The notes below the pieces were generated by a model. The model searched no databases. It worked only from the letters and a program-made list of their open reading frames with translations, and was not told the origin of the DNA. A stretch of DNA of 42,606 nucleotides. It comes from Octopus bimaculoides. Its lineage: Eukaryota. The position numbers were made by a program, and so were the translations under genes. Shown here piece after piece: positions 34,915 through 42,606 of the stretch; within the stretch, counting starts at the first letter, position 1, and each line of letters begins with the position of its first letter. The stretch spans positions 52,640,659 to 52,683,264 of the forward strand of contig NC_068988.1 of NCBI RefSeq assembly GCF_001194135.2. Reading direction: 5' to 3'.

Positions 34915-35852
34915 NNNNNNNNNNNNNNNNNNNNNNNNNNNNNNNNNNNNNNNNNNNNNNNNNNNNNNNNNNNNNNNNNNNNNNNNNNNNNNNNNNNNNN
35001 NNNNNNNNNNNNNNNNNNNNNNNNNNNNNNNNNNNNNNNNNNNNNNNNNNNNNNNNNNNNNNNNNNNNNNNNNNNNNNNNNNNNNNNNNNNNNNNNNNNN
35101 NNNNNNNNNNNNNNNNNNNNNNNNNNNNNNNNNNNNNNNNNNNNNNNNNNNNNNNNNNNNNNNNNNNNNNNNNNNNNNNNNNNNNNNNNNNNNNNNNNNN
35201 NNNNNNNNNNNNNNNNNNNNNNNNNNNNNNNNNNNNNNNNNNNNNNNNNNNNNNNNNNNNNNNNNNNNNNNNNNNNNNNNNNNNNNNNNNNNNNNNNNNN
35301 NNNNNNNNNNNNNNNNNNNNNNNNNNNNNNNNNNNNNNNNNNNNNNNNNNNNNNNNNNNNNNNNNNNNNNNNNNNNNNNNNNNNNNNNNNNNNNNNNNNN
35401 NNNNNNNNNNNNNNNNNNNNNNNNNNNNNNNNNNNNNNNNNNNNNNNNNNNNNNNNNNNNNNNNNNNNNNNNNNNNNNNNNNNNNNNNNNNNNNNNNNNN
35501 NNNNNNNNNNNNNNNNNNNNNNNNNNNNNNNNNNNNNNNNNNNNNNNNNNNNNNNNNNNNNNNNNNNNNNNNNNNNNNNNNNNNNNNNNNNNNNNNNNNN
35601 NNNNNNNNNNNNNNNNNNNNNNNNNNNNNNNNNNNNNNNNNNNNNNNNNNNNNNNNNNNNNNNNNNNNNNNNNNNNNNNNNNNNNNNNNNNNNNNNNNNN
35701 NNNNNNNNNNNNNNNNNNNNNNNNNNNNNNNNNNNNNNNNNNNNNNNNNNNNNNNNNNNNNNNNNNNNNNNNNNNNNNNNNNNNNNNNNNNNNNNNNNNN
35801 NNNNNNNNNNNNNNNNNNNNNNNNNNNNNNNNNNNNNNNNNNNNNNNNNNNN

Positions 35853-35897
35853 CTTTCCGCGATAGCCTTAAAGCCAGGAACTTTTCAGCACCCCTGA
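35853..35897 (-). mobile_element. Terminus of a second mariner-type element (body probably in the gap)
   Basis: Minus strand reads TA|TCAGGGGTGCTGAAAAGTTCCTGGCTTT, a mariner-like TIR with a TA target; the partner end is not visible. Confidence 0.5.
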
Positions 35898-35934
35898 TAT
35901 ATCTCTCTCTCCCTCCCCCTCTCTCTCTATATCT

Positions 35935-36017
35935 ATATGTGTGTGCGTGTTTGTGTCTGTGTGTATGTGTGTGAATGTGTGTGTGTGTGTGTGAATGTGT
36001 GTGTGTGTGTGAATGTA

Positions 36018-36048
<31 letters not shown>

Positions 36049-36507
36049 ATTGCATAAGCGAGTGTGTTTATATATGTGTGTCTGACTATACATATATTCA
36101 CCCAGAAAGTATGTCGAGAACCAGGTTTTATGTAAACTTGTATTGAAGCATGTATATATATATACACATGCATATATATANNNNNNNNNNNNNNNNNNNN
36201 NNNNNNNNNNNNNNNNNNNNNNNNNNTGTAAATGTCGGTTTGTGTTACATCAGTCAACCATAACAGAGTATATCATAATAGTGTTTGTATGTGTATGTGT
36301 GAGTGTGTGTGTGTGTGTGTGTGCGTGCGTGTGCGTGTGTGTGGGTGGGTGTGTAGGTGTGTGCACGTATCTATGTGCGTGTATGTTTATGTACGAGTGA
36401 ATGGTTGGATGTGTTTCTGTGCAGATAGTTTTTCCCACTTTCACAAATGAAATATTTACGTACACAGACACGCACACACACACGCACACGCACACACACG
36501 CACACAC

Positions 36508-36540
<33 letters not shown>

Positions 36541-36620
36541 TGCCCACACATACCCACGCATGCACGGATGCACGCAATTACATAAACATTTACACGCATA
36601 CATACATACATAGATACATA
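35935..36620. repeat. (TG)n/(CA)n compound block
   Basis: Direct reading. Confidence 0.88.
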
Positions 36621-36625
36621 CATGT

Positions 36626-37146
36626 AACAGAACACGTGTCACTGAAGAATATTACAGCTGAATAAAGAAAATTTGGACCTCAGAACTCTCTCTGCATTCA
36701 ATAAAACAGTGACCCACAGTGTGTTCGCAGTGCCAGTACCTATACCAACATTTAGGCTGTTTAATTGAAGGCTTCATGAGATCCAAGCCATTAATGTGAA
36801 AACCTGAAAAATACTAACAAGCACACATAATATCTACATTAGCAATGACGTAGAACGCCTCTACCTAAAACAAAAACATGGCGGCAGAGGTTTAACATCG
36901 ATCCAAAAGGTCTTTCAGTGTCATATCGTATCCCTTCGGCAACATATGAATCTTTCTGAATTGACGGGCACCACTTGTTTTCTTAACTTGGGATACTGGT
37001 AGAATGTGTCATAAAAAACATTTTTTTCTTTTGGTGCCCGTCAATTCAGAAAGATCCCAACATATTTTTAACCAACCAAGTGTCAAAGTGCATCCCTTGA
37101 TCAAGTTTGCATACGTGAGACTGATAACATCATAAGACGGGGGAAA
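36626..37146 (+). pseudogene. R4/Dong-like LINE reverse-transcriptase C-terminal fragment, interrupted by a MITE
   Basis: Reads VTEEYYS*IKKIWTSEL[fs]SAFNKTVTHSVFAVPVPIPTFRLFN* ... VKT*KILTS ... DVERLYLKQKHGGRGLTSIQ, and LDQVCIRETDNIIR after the MITE. The ERLY...GGRGL motif is typical of this clade. Confidence 0.85.
36948..37057. mobile_element. 110-bp MITE, 26-bp TIRs, 8-bp TSD (Merlin-like)
   Basis: TIRs 36948-36973 and 37032-37057 match 25/26; TSD CAACATAT at 36940-36947 and 37058-37065. Confidence 0.9.
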
Positions 37147-37234
37147 GGGATAAGTCACTCACACGGATATCAGTGTTTCACTGGTACTTATTTTATCGAC
37201 CCCTAAAGGATGAAAGGCAAAGTCAACCTCGGCG
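37147..37234 (-). mobile_element. SINE family B fragment
   Basis: CTGGTACTTATTTTATCGACCCCTAAAGGATGAAAGGCAAAGTCAACCTCGGCG. Confidence 0.85.
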
Positions 37235-37302
37235 TAAATGGGAAATATTAATTGTTAATACACTGTCTTAAATAGAATTGTATGATATGCGCGCGCGCAT
37301 GT

Positions 37303-37597
37303 GTGAAGGCACCTGGCTTAGTGGTTAGGGGATTCGGCTCACGATCGTAAGGTCATTTCCAGGCGGCACGTTGTGTCCTTGAGCAAGGCACTTCATTTCA
37401 CCTTGCACCAGTCCACTCATCTGGCAAAAATGAGTAGTACCTGTATTTCAAGGAGCCAGCCTTGACGCAAAATGCGTCAAGCTGGATTTCCTTGAGAAAC
37501 TACCTTAAGGGTACGCGAGTCTGTGGAGTGCAAGCTGTTGCAGTTGATCGGATCAAAACTGGAGTCCTCGTCGTCGTAATTGACGGAGTGCCATTTG
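37303..37597 (+). mobile_element. SINE with family C tail but a different (V-domain-like) core
   Basis: tRNA head TGGCTTAGTGGTTAGGG; core GTGTCCTTGAGCAAGGCACTT; tail TTAAGGGTAC ... GTTGATCGGATCAA ... GACGGAGTGCCA. Confidence 0.85.
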
Positions 37598-37809
37598 TTA
37601 TATGTATCTATGTATGTATGTATGTATTTATATGCGAGTGCATGCAGTATGTATGTAATTTTTGTGTGCATGTTTGTGTACGTATGTATGTATGTATGTA
37701 TGTATGTATGTATGTATGTATGTATGTATGCATGTTTTTATATGCGTGTGCATATAAAATGTTCCTGAAGGTCGGCAATGGTCCTCCTCGGTCACGAGTG
37801 GACAGCCAT

Positions 37810-37843
<34 letters not shown>

Positions 37844-38308
37844 TTATAACAACCCGTCTGGGGTAAAGTATGGTTGAATTTGGAATCTTGGGGAGAGAAT
37901 GCAAATCCTTAATTCATACGCTACGAATAATCACGATATCTGAGACTATAAAAATCTGCAAGACCTTCTTAAGATTTAAAAAAATGATGGTTAAATGAAG
38001 ATATTTTCCTTCACAACCTTGCGACCAATTCGGTGACCAATCAAAATTTACTCTAAATTAGAAAGAGAAAGCAAAAGAGAAGACATACATACATACGTAA
38101 CTCACTGCCTAAATAAAAATTTTGAGAAATTAGGCTTCTCAAAACTAGAAAGGACAAAGCTGATTCGGAGACTACAAATCCAAGCCATCACAGGAACTGT
38201 AAACATCTATAAAATTTTCCAGAGGTTTATCATAAGCATGTCTAGATATGCAACTATATACGTGAAAATACATAGATAAAACAAAACATACATGCATACA
38301 TACATACA

Positions 38309-38339
<31 letters not shown>

Positions 38340-38506
38340 CTGCGCATACATACATACATACAAATCTGCGCATAAATACATATGCATACGCCTAGACATG
38401 AAAATATATACATAAAAACGCATCCATAAAACAAACATACAAATCTGCGCATACACTAACACCAGATACTGCACACACACACACATATGCACAAATACCT
38501 AGATGA

Positions 38507-38737
38507 TGTTGATAAAAGTTCCAATGAAGGAGCCTTGAATCTATGTTAGAGTCCGACTCTTTCTCTATGGACAAGAAATACAGAAATGAAACTGATTGAT
38601 AACATACATACATACTTAAAAATACGTACATACATACCCTGTTGTTGAAATTCCAATGAAGGAGTTTTGGATCTAGGTTAGAAACCGGCTCTTTCTCCAT
38701 TGGCAAGAAATCTTGAAATTAAACTGAATAATGACAT
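38507..38737. repeat. Two tandem copies of a ~95-bp unit plus (TACA)n, period 132 bp
   Basis: TTCCAATGAAGGAG ... GTTAGA ... CTCTTTCTC ... CAAGAAAT ... AAACTGA starts at 38519 and 38651. Confidence 0.88.
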
Positions 38738-39019
38738 ACATACGCACACACACGCACACACACACACACATACACACACACATACATTCATACATACAAT
38801 CGTTTTGTTTCTCTTTTGCGTTACACTCTTTAGTGAGGTCCACTTCATAAATGAAGGCTGTATGCATGCGTTAATGAATGCTTAAGACGTGCAGAAGCGT
38901 GTTGCATTGCTTAAAATATTGATGTGACGTCTGCGTATTACCAACCCGTGTGTCAATCCACGGACGGATGCGGGATTTGGCTTCTATTGAAATGTACTCG
39001 ACCATTGCATGTTGCCGCA

Positions 39020-39097
39020 GGTGGGCAGTCGATAAAATCAATACCAGTACTTGTGTGACATTGTATATTATCGACCCGGGCGGCATTTCAGCTCAAG
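39020..39097 (-). mobile_element. Old SINE family B remnant
   Basis: CAGTCGAT ... CCAGTAC ... TTATCGACCC ... CGGC. Confidence 0.55.
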
Positions 39098-39287
39098 AGG
39101 TAAATAGGCGGGATAATTAACGAAAGGCTCAAACCTGGAGCCCATCCACGTTCTTAACGACGACGAAGTAACGACTGATAGAAAACTATAACGATAACGA
39201 CAGCTTTTGAGAAATCGTAATTCGAATGTTCAACATACTTTATTATCTCAGCAGATAGTGAGCGCGTGTATGAGTGTGTGTGTGTGT

Positions 39288-39378
<91 letters not shown>

Positions 39379-39413
39379 CATATACATATACATATACATA
39401 TATATATATGGAG

Positions 39414-39530
39414 TGTATTAGATTCACGCTCAGGAAAAATAGAAGGCGCATTTACGTTTCGAGCATAACTTCTTCGGCAGAAAGAAAAGACAAGGAGAGA
39501 AAGAAGCACAGAGAAAGAGAGAGAGAAAGA
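39414..39530 (-). mobile_element. Penelope-like remnant (family D), second copy
   Basis: Minus strand TTCTCTCCTTG ... CTGCCGAAGAAGTTATGCTCGAAACGTAAA ... TTCCTGAGCGTGAATCTAATACA aligns to 5155-5255. Confidence 0.55.
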
Positions 39531-39740
39531 GAAGGACAAAGATGTCTCAATTAGACTGTCATTGTATGCTCTCTCTTCTCCTCCTCCCCCTCTCTTTCTA
39601 TATATATCCATATATGTGTATACACACACACACACATACACACACACGTATACATACTGAACAATAACAATAAAGGACCGAACCAGCGCGTGTGTTTATT
39701 ATTACCGGCATAATGCCCCCCGCCCAAGGTTCAATAGAAG

Positions 39741-39809
<69 letters not shown>

Positions 39810-39982
39810 GAGAGAAGGAGAGAGAGAGAAAGAAAGTGTGTGTGTGTGAGGGAGAGAGGGAGGGTAGATTTACATACAGATGTAAATGATGAACAAAGAA
39901 AAAAAAACAATGTGAAATTCAGTTACCCAGAGTTTCCTGGTCGGAATATTAAATCGATTTTTGTGTGGTTTTCTTTTTACTA

Positions 39983-40185
39983 TTTTTTTCTCTTATAAGC
40001 ACAAAGCCTGAAAGTTTGAATAGTGGGCCAGTCGATTACATCGACCCCAGTATTCAGTTGATACTTCGACCCCAAAAGTGATAAAAAGTCAAAGTCGATC
40101 TCGGTGGAATTTGAACTCAGGATATAGAATGGACAAAACGCCTCTAAGCTTTTTGTCCGATTTGCTAACGATTCTGTTAGTTTAT
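39983..40185 (-). mobile_element. SINE family B
   Basis: Aligns to 7261-7474. Confidence 0.85.
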
Positions 40186-40558
40186 TCTTAAACAGGAATA
40201 TTGTTGACAGTGATATCAAAGTTTCGGCCAGTTAAGCTATCTTCGGACTGCGGTGCATCCACCTTTTTCCTTTGTAATAATAATGATGTCTTTTATACTC
40301 CTAACTCATTCTGTGCTCTACTACTTGTCAAACTTAATACCGGGATAATCTACCTATCAATCTATCTATCTATTTATTTATTTATTTATTTATTTATTTA
40401 TCTATCTGTCTGTCTATCTATCTATCTATATCTATATATATATATATATATATATATANNNNNNNNNNNNNNNNNNNNNNNNNNNNNNNNNNNNNNNNNN
40501 NNNNNNNNNNNNNNNNNNNNNNNNNNNNNNNNNNNNNNNNNNNNNNNNNNNNNNNNNN

Positions 40559-40806
40559 GTGGTAAGAAGCTTGCTTCCCAACCACATGGTTCCGGGTTCA
40601 GTCCTACAACGTGGCACTTTGGGGAAGTGTCTTCTGCTATAGCCTTGTGAGTTGACTTGGTAAGTGGAAACTGAAAGAAGCACGTCGTATCTCTCCCCTC
40701 CCTCTCTCCCTGCATATTTATATATATATGTATGTACGTATGTATAAATATATATACATATATATATATATGTATATGTATGTATGAATGAATGTATGTA
40801 TGTATG

Positions 40807-40840
<34 letters not shown>

Positions 40841-41094
40841 TGTCTTGTCTGTTTGTCCCACCATCACTACCACCACTACCACCGCTTGGCAGCCGGTGTT
40901 GGTGTGTTTACGTCTCCGTATCTAACGGTTCGGCAAAAGTGAGGGACAGAGTAAGTAAGAGGCTTAAAGAAAATAAGAATTTTTTAAATGCTGGGGTGAA
41001 TTCTTTCGACACAAAAATTCTTCAAGGCAGCACCTCAGCATGGCCGCAGTCTAATGATTGAAACAAGTTAAAAAAAAAAAAAAGGATAAAAGAT
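40559..41094 (+). mobile_element. SINE family A with expanded internal microsatellite
   Basis: 5' half 40559-40690; 3' half 40845-41094. Confidence 0.85.
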
Positions 41095-41165
41095 AGTATC
41101 TAGCCGAAAGCCTTAAAAACATTGAACATTAGAAAGTATTTTGTAAACAGAATTATGAACTTTTA

Positions 41166-41345
41166 CTGTATATTGACTACAGAAAATAGTTAAACATTAG
41201 GAATATATAAACCCCTATAACGGAAGAAAATGGGCACACGTAAGGGGAAAAATGGGCATTAGTACACGTACTAATGCCCGTCTTTTTTCCGTTACGGAGC
41301 TTTATATGCCCTAATATTAAACTATTTTCTGTAGTCAATATACGG
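41166..41345. mobile_element. 180-bp foldback MITE with TA TSD (Tc1/pogo type)
   Basis: ~72-bp inverted arms starting C(T/C)GTATATTGACTACAGAAAATAGTT; TA at 41164-41165 and 41346-41347. Confidence 0.9.
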
Positions 41346-41605
41346 TATAGATACGTAATTTCACTCGCCACCATTTTCTAATTCACGTAGAATTCGCATG
41401 TATACATTATAAAGAATTGTTTCTGCTTGTGCCTAATGATTATGCATGCAAACGTGTATGTGTGTGTGAGTGTGTGTGCTAGTGATGGTGTATATAAGAC
41501 AGTGAGTGAAGTACGTTTGTGTGTGTTTTATCTGTGTGACAGGCGGGAAAAAAATGTAACTAGGTGACATTCACCTGGACTTATCTAATGTAAATATTTT
41601 AAGTG

Positions 41606-41606
<1 letters not shown>

Positions 41607-41678
<72 letters not shown>
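41607..41678. repeat. (AC)n microsatellite
   Basis: Perfect run. Confidence 0.97.
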
Positions 41679-41681
<3 letters not shown>

Positions 41682-42029
41682 TATAGAAGATGAGTCACTG
41701 CGTTATTTCCGTGAGTTTCCCAAGGACACACGAAATGAGTGACTTAGGCGTAGACAAAACTAGTATTTGTTAGTATAAAATTAAAATATTTCTCTATAGG
41801 TATGACGTAACAATGGGAGGTTTCCCTCCAAACGTCATATCAACTAGAATATTCTATACTTTTATAAATACACGCGCGCGCGCACAGACACATACACATC
41901 CACACACACATCCAAACACACATCCACACACACATACACACACACACATACACACACGCACACACTCACTTACACAAGCGCGCACACGCATATATATCCA
42001 CAGATATGTACTTTATATAACTATATTTT

Positions 42030-42210
42030 CTTTTATCTCATTTTACTTCTTGCAGTCATTGAACTACGGCCATTCTGGGGCACCGCTTTGAAGAATCTCA
42101 GTCGAACGAATCGACCCCAGTATTTAAATTTTTAAAGCTTGGTACTTATTCTATTAATCACTTTTCTCGAACCGCTAGGTTACGGGGACGTAAGTACATC
42201 AACAGCGACA
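42030..42210 (-). mobile_element. SINE family A, 3' half
   Basis: TTTTACTT ... GGGGCACCGC ... GAATCGACCCCAG ... GAACCGCTAGGTTACGGGGACGTAA. Confidence 0.85.
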
Positions 42211-42338
42211 GAAATGGTGTTAAATATATATTAAAAAATTTATATATATAAAAAACAGTACACACATTTATACATATATTACATATACATACATTCATAT
42301 ATATGTATATACATAGACATACATACGCACACACACAC

Positions 42339-42380
<42 letters not shown>

Positions 42381-42411
42381 ATGTGTGTGTATGTGTGTGT
42401 GTGTGTGTGTG

Positions 42412-42606
42412 TGTGGAGGCGCAATGGCCCAGTGGTTAGGGCAGCGGACTCGCGGTCAAAGGATCGCGGTTTCGATTCCCAGACCGGGCATTGTGAGTGT
42501 TTATTGAGCGAAAACACCTAAAGCTCCACGAGGATCCGGCAGAGGATGGTGGCGAACCCTGCTGTACTCTTTCACCACAACTTTCTCTCACTCTTACTTC
42601 CTGTTT
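42412..42606 (+). mobile_element. SINE family C, 5' half (cut by window end)
   Basis: GTGGAGGCGCAATGGCCCAGTGGTTAGGGCAGCGG ..., near identical to the copies at 12084 and 19861. Confidence 0.95.

Noticed and set aside
36226-36245. GTAAATGTCGGTTT next to a gap, resembling the inner part of a mariner TIR
   Set aside because: Only 14 bp visible.
42415-42490. tRNA-like sequence with A and B boxes
   Set aside because: It is the head of a family C SINE, continuing into SINE body; not a tRNA gene.

Overview
This is repeat-dense, AT-rich animal DNA with many assembly gaps. The SINE families and the very high microsatellite load match what I recall of octopus (coleoid cephalopod) genomes; that assignment is inference, not a database result. 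I found no supportable host protein-coding exon, rRNA, tRNA gene or CRISPR array. Nearly all ORFs in the track are translations of microsatellites or N gaps. Recognisable content: (1) a full-length but decayed mariner with both TIRs (3883-5129); (2) fragments of an RTE LINE, two R4/Dong-like LINEs and a Tigger/pogo element; (3) about 40 copies of four short retroposon families, which I label A, B, C and E; (4) two Penelope-like repeat remnants; (5) several MITEs; (6) a degenerate ~66-bp satellite. The window most likely lies in a large intron or intergenic region. I cannot support a new biological system. The best leads are hammerhead-like motifs with a non-canonical core (5182-5222 and 39447-39484), a 110-bp Merlin-type MITE with an 8-bp TSD (36948-37057), a 119-bp direct repeat bracketing a structured core (3379-3853), a satellite that has taken three insertions (10950-12600), a Dong-like fragment embedded in (TAA)n (28313-28397) and a foldback MITE (41166-41345). 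All alignments and folds were done by eye.
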